Of a DNA stretch of 64,000 nt, positions 28,704-38,005 are shown in pieces. Both the position numbers and the translations under genes were made by a program. Each line of letters opens with the position of its first letter. Position 1 is the stretch's first letter. Origin of the DNA: Candidatus Cloacimonadales bacterium (GTDB lineage: Bacteria > Cloacimonadota > Cloacimonadia > Cloacimonadales > JAIOQZ01). The notes below the pieces were generated by a model. That model was not told the DNA's origin. It made no database searches and saw nothing but the letters and a program-made list of their open reading frames with translations. The DNA lies in assembly GCA_963662655.2 (NCBI GenBank), contig CAXXTU010000002.1, positions 2,720,001-2,784,000 on the forward strand, in the 5' to 3' direction.

Positions 28704-29249
28704 ATGCCCGTAGAAAAACCAACCCTACCCACCGGCATGAGCTCCGGCGACCTCGCGAATCTGCTCAACCAGATCGGCGGCGTGGACGTGTACAACGTCC
28801 ACGTCGGGGTCGGCGAGCTGACGGAGAGCGAAATCGCCGCGATGTTCGCGAGTCAGGCGTCGATGGAGACGGAGCTGAGCACGAACTTCGAGGAGCTCGG
28901 CGAGCTGGCCGAGAAGCCGTTCAAGGTCGAGTCGAAGACGGAGAAGCTCAAGACGCGCCACTACCAGATCGAGGGCAAGCGCACCAACGTGGTCACCGTG
29001 ACCATCGTGGGCATCAACGAGGACAAGAAGAACTGGCTCGAGGAGCAGAGCGCGGGGATGGCGCAGATCACGCTCGTGGCCGTGTCCAAGGACAAGACGC
29101 AGGCCGTGCTGATCAACGGCTGCCGCTGGACGGTGGACTGGAGCGGCGAAGCGGACGGCCTCTATACCCAAGAGGTGACGACCGAGTTCACCGGCAAGAC
29201 GAGCGGTAAGGTCAGTTTCTTCAACAAGATTCCGGCCACGGTCGAATAG
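28704..29249 (+). CDS. Putative major tail (tube) protein
   Basis: 181 aa, beta-rich, upstream of the tail chaperone; no sheath gene seen. Confidence 0.6.
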   Translation: MPVEKPTLPTGMSSGDLANLLNQIGGVDVYNVHVGVGELTESEIAAMFASQASMETELSTNFEELGELAEKPFKVESKTEKLKTRHYQIEGKRTNVVTVTIVGINEDKKNWLEEQSAGMAQITLVAVSKDKTQAVLINGCRWTVDWSGEADGLYTQEVTTEFTGKTSGKVSFFNKIPATVE

Positions 29250-29257
29250 GAGAAATC

Positions 29258-29458
29258 ATGGAATGCAGATGCGATCCTGAAATTCGTAAGAAGATTTCGG
29301 ACGTGCACAAGGAGGTGTACGGCAACGGCGATTCAAGCCGGTCGATGGTCACCCGAATTGCGCGTCTGGAGACGAATATCAAGCTGCTCACGAGCCTGAC
29401 CGTCAGCCAGTTCTTTCTGCTGATTGGCGTCGCCGTGAAGACCTTTCTGGGGGCGTGA
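29258..29458 (+). CDS. Small membrane protein, holin-like
   Basis: VYGNG...RIARLE coiled segment followed by a C-terminal hydrophobic helix. Confidence 0.55.
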   Translation: MECRCDPEIRKKISDVHKEVYGNGDSSRSMVTRIARLETNIKLLTSLTVSQFFLLIGVAVKTFLGA

Positions 29459-29808
29459 TGGACATCTCATACGCGACCTTCCGCAAGGTACTCTCGACGC
29501 TGCTTCGCAACGATCAACTCCGCGATGGGCTGACCGACCTGCTCGCCGGTAACGAGGTCGAGCTAAGCGAAGTCGACTTCCTGGACTTGCTCGAAGAATC
29601 CCACGTCGACATCGACATCCTGCGTATCCTCACCGGACGCGAGCCCGAGGACATCGGCCCCGAGCTGGCGGCGGAGGCGTTTACGGCTTTTTTCTCGGCT
29701 GTCAGAGGCAGTTGGCACGCGTTGACGCCCTTGCTCGACGCTTTGGGCTACACGGCGCGGGTCGAAGCGGGGACAGCTACAGGCGAGTGCGCAAGCACGA
29801 GTCCTTAG
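29455..29808 (+). CDS. Tail assembly chaperone (gpG-like); predicted -1 frameshift product extends to 29966
   Basis: Slippery T TTT TTC at 29688-29694; the -1 frame stays open to TAG at 29964-29966. Confidence 0.7.
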   Translation: MMDISYATFRKVLSTLLRNDQLRDGLTDLLAGNEVELSEVDFLDLLEESHVDIDILRILTGREPEDIGPELAAEAFTAFFSAVRGSWHALTPLLDALGYTARVEAGTATGECASTSP

Positions 29809-29958
29809 AGCATGGACTCAACACTTCGTGTTTCGCCACCGAACGGCTCGAGATGGCCCTGCGCGGGGTGGGGTTCACGCAGGCTGACTTCATCGAGCTG
29901 AGCTTGCCCGAACTCTACCTCCGCTACTGCCTCGCCATCGAAACCACAAGGAAATCAA

Positions 29959-30720
29959 ATGGATAGTCTGATTACATGGATCGGCGGCAAGAAGCTGCTG
30001 CGAAAGAAAATCGCCGCATTGGTGCCGGACGACATCACCGGTTACGTAGAGCCGTTCGGCGGCGCGGGTTGGGTGCTCTTTCACCGTGACCGCTGGGCTC
30101 GTCTCGAGGTGTACAACGACCTCGATGCGCGGCTGACGAACCTCTTCCTGCAGGTGAAGTTCCACCCCGACGCGCTCGTGAAGGAGCTCGAGCTGATGCC
30201 AGCCTCACGCGCCCTGTTCGACGAGCTGGTCGAGCAGCCCGGACTCACGGAGCTGCAACGCGCCGCGCGATTCCTCTACATCATCACCCGCTCGTTCGGC
30301 GGCAAGGGCGAACACTTCGGACGCGCCTCGACATCAGGTCCGAGCAGTATGCAGCGCAAGTTAGCTCGCGTCCACGACCTCAGCACGCGGCTCGACAAGG
30401 TGACCATCGAACACCTGCCCTACGAGGAGCTGATCGCCTTCTACGACCGGCCCGGCGTGTTCTTCTACTGCGACCCGCCATACGTGCATGGCACGACATA
30501 CGCCAACGCCAGACACTTCGACCACGAGAAGCTCCGCGACGTATTGAAGGGCGTGAAAGGCCGCTGGCTACTCTCCTACGACGACTGCCCTGAGGTGCGC
30601 GAGCTGTACGCTGGTCACACCATCATCCCGGTCTCTCGCGTGAAGGGGATCAACCGGATGAAGGGCGAGAGCATGTTCAAGGAGGTTATCATCGCAAACT
30701 ACGAGGTGTCAGATGAATAG
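29959..30720 (+). CDS. DNA adenine methyltransferase (Dam/D12 class)
   Basis: WIGGK, YVEPFGGAG, YNDLD and FYCDPPY motifs. Confidence 0.92.
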   Translation: MDSLITWIGGKKLLRKKIAALVPDDITGYVEPFGGAGWVLFHRDRWARLEVYNDLDARLTNLFLQVKFHPDALVKELELMPASRALFDELVEQPGLTELQRAARFLYIITRSFGGKGEHFGRASTSGPSSMQRKLARVHDLSTRLDKVTIEHLPYEELIAFYDRPGVFFYCDPPYVHGTTYANARHFDHEKLRDVLKGVKGRWLLSYDDCPEVRELYAGHTIIPVSRVKGINRMKGESMFKEVIIANYEVSDE

Positions 30721-31588
30721 CGTCATCGGCTGGGTGGGCGGCAAGCGACTCTTGCGCAAGGCGATTGTTCCGCTCATCCCGAAGCACGACACACATGGTG
30801 AGTGCGAAGCACGAATCCACTACGTCGGGAAAACTCGCAGCTTGAACCTGCTGGATAGCTGGTCAGGACTCACGCCTATCGGCGTTCGCCATAACTGCGA
30901 ACCCTTTGCTGGTGCAGCATGGATCCTGTTCGCTAAGTCGCGCGACCACAAGGAATGGCAGGCGACGAAGGGCCAGAAGTACCGCGAAATCCTCAACGAC
31001 ATCAACGGCGAGTTGGTGAATTTCTGGCGGCATGTGAAGCACCATCCGGCCGCGCTGAAAGCGGAACTCGACCGGCTTCTCGCCTCGCGGGAGCTGTTCC
31101 ACGAGTTCCTCGATAGCGAGTCGCGCACCGACCTCGAACGCGCGGTGCGCTTCTACTACGTGCTGGCGTGTTCCTACGGCAGTCTCAGCAGCACGTTCGC
31201 CGTGCGCGGTCACCTGACCATGCTGCCGATCCGTCGCGTGGGCAAGCTGGAAGCTGCCAGTGAGAGGCTACGAGACGTGATCATCGAGCGACTCGACTAC
31301 GAGGCCGTCATCCGCAAGTACGACCGACCAGCGACGTTCTTCTACATCGACCCGCCCTACTACGAGCGTGAGATGCTCTACGAGCGCGACAAGGTGGCTG
31401 CCTTTGACCAGCACGAGGAGCTGGCCAAGCTGCTACGCGAGGTGCAGGGCAAATGGCTGCTCAGCTACAATGACCACCCCGTTATCCGCGAGCTGTACAA
31501 GAACTTCACCATCGATGTGGTGAACACGAGATACTCGGTGTCTGGAACGAACAGAGCGAGTTCAGAGATACTGATCAGGAACTTCTAA
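30713..31588 (+). CDS. Second DNA adenine methyltransferase (Dam/D12 class) with an in-frame insertion
   Basis: WVGGK, EPFAGAA, LNDIN and FYIDPPY motifs; about 33 extra residues before EPF. Confidence 0.9.
   Translation: MNSVIGWVGGKRLLRKAIVPLIPKHDTHGECEARIHYVGKTRSLNLLDSWSGLTPIGVRHNCEPFAGAAWILFAKSRDHKEWQATKGQKYREILNDINGELVNFWRHVKHHPAALKAELDRLLASRELFHEFLDSESRTDLERAVRFYYVLACSYGSLSSTFAVRGHLTMLPIRRVGKLEAASERLRDVIIERLDYEAVIRKYDRPATFFYIDPPYYEREMLYERDKVAAFDQHEELAKLLREVQGKWLLSYNDHPVIRELYKNFTIDVVNTRYSVSGTNRASSEILIRNF
30794..30892. repeat. Palindromic ~99-bp in-frame insertion element
   Basis: Ends ATGGTGAG / TTCGCCAT are complementary with G-T pairs; internal hairpins GTGC-GAA-GCAC and ACGCC-TATC-GGCGT. 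Confidence 0.7.
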
Positions 31589-31606
31589 TGCGAACTCAAG
31601 AAGTAC

Positions 31607-31897
31607 TTACATCATGGAAAATGATGCAACTACCTGTAACACAAAACCCAATACAAGAAATATGACCCCTAAAACTGTCCAGTATTTAGATTTGTCAGCA
31701 TTTCTGATGTGCTCAGGTAAATTTTGACCAATCACGCCTTTTGTATTCGGGTTATTGATAACATCTGCAATCTGACCTAGTGATTTGTCGATAATCCAAA
31801 AGGCACTCATGATTGCTTTAACGAGGGATGAGATGCTAAATGCAAGGACAATTGAGCCTACCAGACTACTTGAAATACCGATTACATTGAGTAGCAT
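31607..31897 (-). CDS. Small AT-rich membrane protein with two TM helices (moron-like)
   Basis: AAGGAGG RBS; hydrophobic N- and C-terminal helices; antisense within the tail operon. Confidence 0.7.
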   Translation of the reverse strand: MLLNVIGISSSLVGSIVLAFSISSLVKAIMSAFWIIDKSLGQIADVINNPNTKGVIGQNLPEHIRNADKSKYWTVLGVIFLVLGFVLQVVASFSMM

Positions 31898-31955
31898 AAT
31901 TCCTCCTTATTAGGTTGATCCATAATGATATACACCGCTATTGGCTGTCAAGATA

Positions 31956-32444
31956 ATGAATTCAATTAAGTTCCGCATCATCATTGAGAAGGGCGACGCG
32001 AAGGCGGCTGTCACCGAAGTCGAAGCGCAAGTCGACGACCTGAAGCAGAAGGCGGAGGAGCCGAAGTCGCTGAAGCTCGACGCGCAAGCCGCGCTGGGCG
32101 TCATCCGCGACGTGATGCTGAACCTGTCCTCGCTGAAGTCGGTCATCGATGGGGTGGTGGGTAAGGCGAACGACCTGCTCAACGCATCGCTCAAACAGCG
32201 GCAGGCGATCACCCTCACCAACATCGCGTTCGGCGAGCAATCCGAGTCGATGCAGGAGTTTGCGTCGCGCATGCAGTCCGTTACTAACCACGGCGACGAG
32301 GAGCTGCTCCCGCTCATGGCCAAGATGCGCCAGACGTTCAAGATGACGACCGAGGAAGTGCAGGCCATCACGCCCTACATCCTCGACTTCGCGGACGCTA
32401 ACGCATCCACCGACGTCGAGGCGAAACAAAATAAACGATTATAG
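31956..32444 (+). pseudogene. Tail tape-measure protein, N-terminal fragment
   Basis: IKFRIIIE...FASRMQSVTNHGDE...ITPYILDFA tape-measure-like start; ends abruptly in AT-rich sequence at ~32425. Confidence 0.75.
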
Positions 32445-32524
32445 AAATGAAATATTAAACTTGACATGGATCATTTGGTTTGATATGGATTTAATAATTA
32501 ATCATGACAACATATGGAGGAATC

Positions 32525-33391
32525 ATGAGGCATTTTCTTCTCGCTATCGTGTTAATGGCTTGCAGCCTGCTTACAGCCGAAACCTGGATATACGAAAAGA
32601 CTGTCGTCAAGCTTCCCATGGGGGAAGAAGACGGGCAATTGAGTGTAAGGTATATGGACAACATGCACGAAGGCCCTACGAGCTTTACAATCGATGAAGA
32701 TGAAAATATCTATGTTAAAACAAGGAGAAAAAACATCATCAAGAAATTCGATAAAAACGGAAACTTTATCTGTGCGTCAAAATACGAAAAGGGTGCCGGT
32801 GATGTCGTTCGATTCATTGGCTACCATGACGGTTACATTTACACGATGAGTGGAGACTTGCGCGTTGTGTGTCTGCGCAGATACACTCGTGATCTCGATT
32901 TACATGACTTTCATCTGATACAAGCACAACCCAATACATTCTATGGCAGAAGTTTCATAGAGAGTAATTCGGGAGATTTTGGATTACTTAGAGGCAGTAA
33001 TCCCAAAGCAATTAGCGCAAGCAAATTGGTTCTACAGAATAACGTATACCATTTTCACAAAATGGAGTTATTCGATTCTTCCTACAAGCCAGTTGAACTA
33101 CAATCTGTATGGTCATCAGAAATCGGCCATCGCTTCATGGATTATGACACTTCAGGAAATTTATACTTTGAGAGATACATTCCTCACGAAGCAAACGATA
33201 TGGGCATCATTGATTCAAAGGGCTATTTCATTTCTACGAATGTGATATTCGAATCGAACAAGGAACATCATATTGCATTCATGGACAGCATCTATCCGAT
33301 TGTGCTGAAAAATGGTATCGTATATAATCTACTTGTCACGGAAGAAAGAATCGAACTCATCCGGTGGTATAAGACAGGAGAAGAAAAATGA
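32525..33391 (+). CDS. Secreted hypothetical protein, probable beta-propeller
   Basis: Signal peptide MRHFLLAIVLMACSLLTA; GPTSFTIDEDENIYV...IKKFDKNG blade-like repeat. Confidence 0.7.
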   Translation: MRHFLLAIVLMACSLLTAETWIYEKTVVKLPMGEEDGQLSVRYMDNMHEGPTSFTIDEDENIYVKTRRKNIIKKFDKNGNFICASKYEKGAGDVVRFIGYHDGYIYTMSGDLRVVCLRRYTRDLDLHDFHLIQAQPNTFYGRSFIESNSGDFGLLRGSNPKAISASKLVLQNNVYHFHKMELFDSSYKPVELQSVWSSEIGHRFMDYDTSGNLYFERYIPHEANDMGIIDSKGYFISTNVIFESNKEHHIAFMDSIYPIVLKNGIVYNLLVTEERIELIRWYKTGEEK

Positions 33392-35226
33392 AAGCATTAT
33401 GGTCTATGGCTTTACTGCTTGCTGTGATTAGTATTTCTGCTGTAAACTTGGAACTTGCTGAACAATATCGTGATTTTGAGTGGACGGTTTTCCGGGCAAA
33501 CATTGATAGCCATCATGAACCCATTGGACGTGAACTCTATGGCTATACCGATGCCCATCCTTGTGACTGGGTGGACAGTATCGGGGCAATAATAACCGGA
33601 ATGCCCTATCATTATGGAGGAAAAGACACATTTGCACAATGGAACCGGGATTACGGACATAATAGTTTTGGGCCCGGAGCCCATAGCGCTCATCACTCGG
33701 ATTCAACCACCTGTTCAACATCCTGGGCAGCAGGCATTGACTGTTCAGGATTGGTTGGAAGATGTTGGGGAATTTCCGAGGCTTTAATGCCCAATTGCGG
33801 ATGCGGGTATTTAACTTCCATCTCAACTGAAATAACTAATCAGCAAATACAACCTGGTGATGCTTTTATCAGGACAGCATATGAAAGACACGCACGTTTG
33901 TGTTACGCGAGAATAGAAGAAGGTCTTAATTATCAGTGGGTTGAAGTTATTGAGGCAGCTTCAGGTGATTATAATAAGGTGGTTCTACTTCAATATACTA
34001 TCGAAGACATGATAGATCATGACTTCAGATGCTACTCCCACTCTAATCCCACCAACATCGCATCAGGCTCTGTATCCGGTACGTGGACGCTCGAAGACGG
34101 CCCATACTTGATCGGTGGCGATATCCAGGTCGATATGACATCGACACTGAGCATCGAGGCCGGCGTCAACGTCATCTTCACCGGGCACTACAAGTTCACC
34201 GTATATGGTCAATTGCTCGCGCTGGGCACCGAGGATATGAACATCTTTTTCACCGCGGAAAACACGACCGCCGGCTGGGGCGGACTGCGGTTCATCAACA
34301 ACAACACCAATGAATTCGAACAATCCCGGCTGGCACACTGCAAAATAGAATATGGAAACGCTCAGGGAGACTGGCCCGACAATGTGGGCGGGGGAATTTT
34401 ATGCCAGTATTCCAATACGATCATCGACACCTGCGTTGTCGCGAACAACCGTGCGGTCGCGGGTGGCGGCATCTACCTGAATCATTCCAACCCCGAGATC
34501 TATTACACGCTGATATCGGAGAATCACGCTCAGGAATTCGGTGGCGGAATCGCAGCCTACGACAACTGCATGTTCTTCCTCATGAACAACACGATTGTCG
34601 ATAATGTTGTGGATGTGTCAGGCAATGTAGGTGGTGGTATCTTCTGCGATATGTCCTGCTGGGCTTACATTGTAAATACGATCGTATGGGGCAATACGTC
34701 CTATCAGGTGTATCTGTTTTACGATAGAGATTATACGATCAATTATTGTAACATAGAGGATGCCGTATTTCTGGGTGATGGAAATTTCTCGAGCGATCCA
34801 CTGTTCAACGGATCGGACCCCACTCGCTACGAGCTAACGAGCAATTCGCCCTGTATCGACACCGGGCATCCCAATTATAGCGATTCGGACGGTACAAGAA
34901 GAGATGTCGGCGCTTTTCCGTATTTCCAGGTACCGGAGCCACCGGACGTAACGATCAGCATACAGAACAATCAGGTGAGTCTCGCCTGCGGAAGCGCGTC
35001 TCGCAATAGTTATGTTGTCTATTCGTCGGACGATCCGGAAGGGACTTTTGCAGAGGACGAGACAGGATCGTTCAACGGAAATATATGGACTGCGTCACTT
35101 GCAGGAAGCAAACGATTCTATTACGTCACAACTGTGACCGGCAGTCGAAATAATGTCGAGAATATGGAAACGATTCCGCTTAGAGAGCTTACTGAAAGGC
35201 ACAAACGACTTATGTTAAAACACTGA
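33388..35226 (+). CDS. Secreted NlpC/P60-like cysteine hydrolase fused to a right-handed beta-helix
   Basis: GMPYHYGG, GIDCSGLV and PGDAF...H motifs; GGGI/NN repeats; SPCIDTG...DVGAF motif. Confidence 0.8.
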   Translation: MKALWSMALLLAVISISAVNLELAEQYRDFEWTVFRANIDSHHEPIGRELYGYTDAHPCDWVDSIGAIITGMPYHYGGKDTFAQWNRDYGHNSFGPGAHSAHHSDSTTCSTSWAAGIDCSGLVGRCWGISEALMPNCGCGYLTSISTEITNQQIQPGDAFIRTAYERHARLCYARIEEGLNYQWVEVIEAASGDYNKVVLLQYTIEDMIDHDFRCYSHSNPTNIASGSVSGTWTLEDGPYLIGGDIQVDMTSTLSIEAGVNVIFTGHYKFTVYGQLLALGTEDMNIFFTAENTTAGWGGLRFINNNTNEFEQSRLAHCKIEYGNAQGDWPDNVGGGILCQYSNTIIDTCVVANNRAVAGGGIYLNHSNPEIYYTLISENHAQEFGGGIAAYDNCMFFLMNNTIVDNVVDVSGNVGGGIFCDMSCWAYIVNTIVWGNTSYQVYLFYDRDYTINYCNIEDAVFLGDGNFSSDPLFNGSDPTRYELTSNSPCIDTGHPNYSDSDGTRRDVGAFPYFQVPEPPDVTISIQNNQVSLACGSASRNSYVVYSSDDPEGTFAEDETGSFNGNIWTASLAGSKRFYYVTTVTGSRNNVENMETIPLRELTERHKRLMLKH

Positions 35227-35285
35227 TTCGCAGCCCTTTCAATTTCCTTTTCGACCTGCAAATCCTGCGTCTCGACTGGCTGCGC

Positions 35286-36179
35286 ATGGTGCGCAAATTC
35301 CGCCAGTGGAACGGGCAACTCGCCTGCAACTGCGGCTTCCGCTACGCTCCTATGTTCAGCGGCGATTACGTCCCCGAGTTCCGCCTGCTCTTCTACTGCG
35401 AGCACGTCATCGAGGGCAACATCCAGTGCAAGGTGTACGCGCGCAAGTTCCGCTTCTACAACGCGATCTGCCGGATCGAGGACGGCGACGCCGAGATCGA
35501 CGAGAAGTCCGAAATCTACAGCACGACGCAGTATTCCGAGATGCTCGCTTGGCGCGACGAACTGTGCGCGGAGTACGTTCCGTTCGAACCGTGGGCTTCG
35601 GCGCGGACATTCCACCACAACGGCAACACCTATAGTATAGGAATAGAGGACGCTGATCTGGACGCGACCACCGCGCCGGAATACAAGTGCGTCGCCTACA
35701 CGGGCAACGCGATTCCGGCGAACCTATATCCGAAGGGCTTCTACGAGAGCGAGAACGAGCCGCTGGAGAAGCTCAAGGCCCTGAAAGCCGCGCTGCTCTT
35801 GCACAACCTGACCATCGTCTCGCTGCCCGGCGGCACGCTGCGGCTGGTGAACAAGGACGACGCCAGCAATACAGTTACCACCATCGACTCCGCCGACATC
35901 ATCGAGTTCAAGCGGAAGCGGCTCAATCGTTCGCGGCCCGACACCTCCGTCCTGGACTGTCTCGTGGGAAACACGACCAACCTGAAAGCCCTCATCGCCG
36001 ACTACTACGAGACGCTGTTTTGTCAGACGTGGAGCCTCGAAGCGACCGTCGACAACCTCGCCAAATACGACCTTGCGCTGTTCGACAAGCTCTTGATCGA
36101 GGGCGTGCAGTACCGCATCACCGAGTTGCAGCGCGACCCGAAGGCGGACGAATACAAGCTGAAGGCGTGGGAGGTCTGA
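35286..36179 (+). CDS. Phage tail protein, probably 5'-truncated
   Basis: Phage-like codon usage resumes at ~35250. The frame is open upstream of the ATG with no RBS. It ends in YRITELQRD...LKAWEV. Confidence 0.6.
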   Translation: MVRKFRQWNGQLACNCGFRYAPMFSGDYVPEFRLLFYCEHVIEGNIQCKVYARKFRFYNAICRIEDGDAEIDEKSEIYSTTQYSEMLAWRDELCAEYVPFEPWASARTFHHNGNTYSIGIEDADLDATTAPEYKCVAYTGNAIPANLYPKGFYESENEPLEKLKALKAALLLHNLTIVSLPGGTLRLVNKDDASNTVTTIDSADIIEFKRKRLNRSRPDTSVLDCLVGNTTNLKALIADYYETLFCQTWSLEATVDNLAKYDLALFDKLLIEGVQYRITELQRDPKADEYKLKAWEV

Positions 36180-36628
36180 TGCTGTGCTACGACGGCTTTC
36201 GCATCATCTCCATCGCGGGTGGCGCGTACTCCGGGTTCGTGGTCGAGAGCGGCGTGATCGACTACCAACCGCAACGCAAGTTTCGCGTTGAGAAGCAGTG
36301 CGTCTTCGACCCGACGATCCTCATCCGCCGCGAGCCGTACAACGAGGACAGCATCGAGTGCGAGGCGTATCTTCCAGCGAATCAGTACGATGAGCTGTAC
36401 ACCATCCTGAGTGACGCTGACCAGCTCTACATCGAGTTCGACGCAGGCTCCGGCACGCTACAGTTCCCGGTCATCATCGATAAACTGCCCAAGCTCGTGG
36501 ACGACGCCCGGTCGCACAGAAGCCGCATAAAATTCACGCTCACCAGCATCTACAAACAGCTTTCGCCCATCGACTTCGACAGCGTGTTCGGCTACGGCAA
36601 CGGCTGGGGCGATTGCTGGGGATTTTAG
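36179..36628 (+). CDS. Putative tail (Dit-like) protein, 149 aa
   Basis: TGATG stop/start overlap at 36177-36181; position in tail module. Confidence 0.55.
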   Translation: MLCYDGFRIISIAGGAYSGFVVESGVIDYQPQRKFRVEKQCVFDPTILIRREPYNEDSIECEAYLPANQYDELYTILSDADQLYIEFDAGSGTLQFPVIIDKLPKLVDDARSHRSRIKFTLTSIYKQLSPIDFDSVFGYGNGWGDCWGF

Positions 36629-36636
36629 GAGGACGC

Positions 36637-37611
36637 ATGCCCGAAACCACCAATTTCAACCTCTACAAGCCCCTCGCCGGTGAGTCCGGATGGGCCGCTG
36701 CGCTCAACGGCAACTTCGATACCATCGACGCGCTGCTCTACTCCCATCAGACCAGCATCGACGGTCACACCGGTACAGGCTCGAACAAGCACAACGCAGA
36801 GCAGATCCGCACCTCGGATGGCTCGGACGTGCAGTCCGCACTGGTGGCGAAAGCGAGCCTGCACCACTCGCATCAGGCCGAGGAAATCATCCTGCCCGAT
36901 AGCCAAGATTTGGGGCATCACATCGCGAGTATCAACGACGATATACAAAGTCTTGAAACAACGAAGGCTGCATTGCGGCACACACATCAATCGGATGACA
37001 TTCACTTTCCTGATGGCCGCGAGCTTGGGCAGCATATCGACAGCATCGACGACGACATAGATGCACTCCAGACCGGCAAGGCGGACGTCGAGCATGAGCA
37101 CGTTGAGTATGCCCTACAAACCGCCCTGGATACGGTTGAGAACACGCTCGATCTGTTGTTGCCCGACCTCGGTTCCGTCTCGCTGGGCGTGGACGTCGTC
37201 AACCGCAGCGGCGGCATCCGTATCCTGTTCAACACGACGCCTGCGGTGCACTTTTCGCAGGCTGAAATCCTCATCGAGAAAGACGGCGTGGAGGTGCATC
37301 ACGAGACGGTTCTGAGCACGTCCGTGTTCATCACGGGGAGCGAGCTGAGCGGCGTCGAGAACGGGGACGTACTCAACATCTCGGTAACCCTCTACAGCGG
37401 CCTCAGCTCGAAAATCAAGAAAGTCGACCACACCTACGCAACCACAACTTCACCGCTCGAGGAGCGCATCGAGACCATCGAAACGCAACTCACCCTCGGC
37501 AACATCATCGACGCTTTCGCACAGGACGAGGACGCACTGCAAGCCCTCGCCAACGTGCTACATTCCTCGAACACGCTGGCGCAGAAGGTCTCGGAGCTGA
37601 TGCAGACGTGA
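36637..37611 (+). CDS. Putative tail fibre/receptor-binding protein
   Basis: TTNFNLYKP...LNGNFDTID N-terminus; repeated KA..HxH units. Confidence 0.65.
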   Translation: MPETTNFNLYKPLAGESGWAAALNGNFDTIDALLYSHQTSIDGHTGTGSNKHNAEQIRTSDGSDVQSALVAKASLHHSHQAEEIILPDSQDLGHHIASINDDIQSLETTKAALRHTHQSDDIHFPDGRELGQHIDSIDDDIDALQTGKADVEHEHVEYALQTALDTVENTLDLLLPDLGSVSLGVDVVNRSGGIRILFNTTPAVHFSQAEILIEKDGVEVHHETVLSTSVFITGSELSGVENGDVLNISVTLYSGLSSKIKKVDHTYATTTSPLEERIETIETQLTLGNIIDAFAQDEDALQALANVLHSSNTLAQKVSELMQT

Positions 37612-37850
37612 GCACGATTCGCCAGAACAGCGTGTGGGATCTGCTGAACCGCAAGACGAAGCCGACGGTCTCGACCGACCGCGATATCGCCTTCGTCAAG
37701 ACCATCTATTCCACCGTTGACGAGAAGGAAGATCTCGGCATCCACGACGAGAATCTCGTGCTGAGCGGCACGGATTTCCCGCCGGACGCGAAGCTAGGGC
37801 AGGTATTCATCAAGAACGGTAAACCATATATCTACAAGGAGAACGAATGA
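37608..37850 (+). CDS. Small phage tail-associated protein
   Basis: GTGA overlap with the upstream gene; FPPDAKLGQVF..G..YIY pattern. Confidence 0.55.
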   Translation: MSTIRQNSVWDLLNRKTKPTVSTDRDIAFVKTIYSTVDEKEDLGIHDENLVLSGTDFPPDAKLGQVFIKNGKPYIYKENE

Positions 37851-38005
37851 CGCAAACCGAACTCTACCAGACTACGAAACTGGAGCTAACTCACGAGTAC
37901 GAGCGGCTCCAGAGACTCATCCATGAATCGCGCGAGAAGCTGCTCAAGACCGAAGGTGCGCTGCTGCTGCTCGGTCGGCTCGAACGTGAAGCGAAGGGGG
38001 CGTAA
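37847..38005 (+). CDS. 52-aa coiled-coil protein (below the ORF-track cutoff)
   Basis: ATGA and TAATG overlaps with both neighbours; AAGGAG RBS; MTQTELYQTTKLELTHEYERLQRLIHESREKLLKTEGALLLLGRLEREAKGA. Confidence 0.65.
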   Translation: MTQTELYQTTKLELTHEYERLQRLIHESREKLLKTEGALLLLGRLEREAKGA

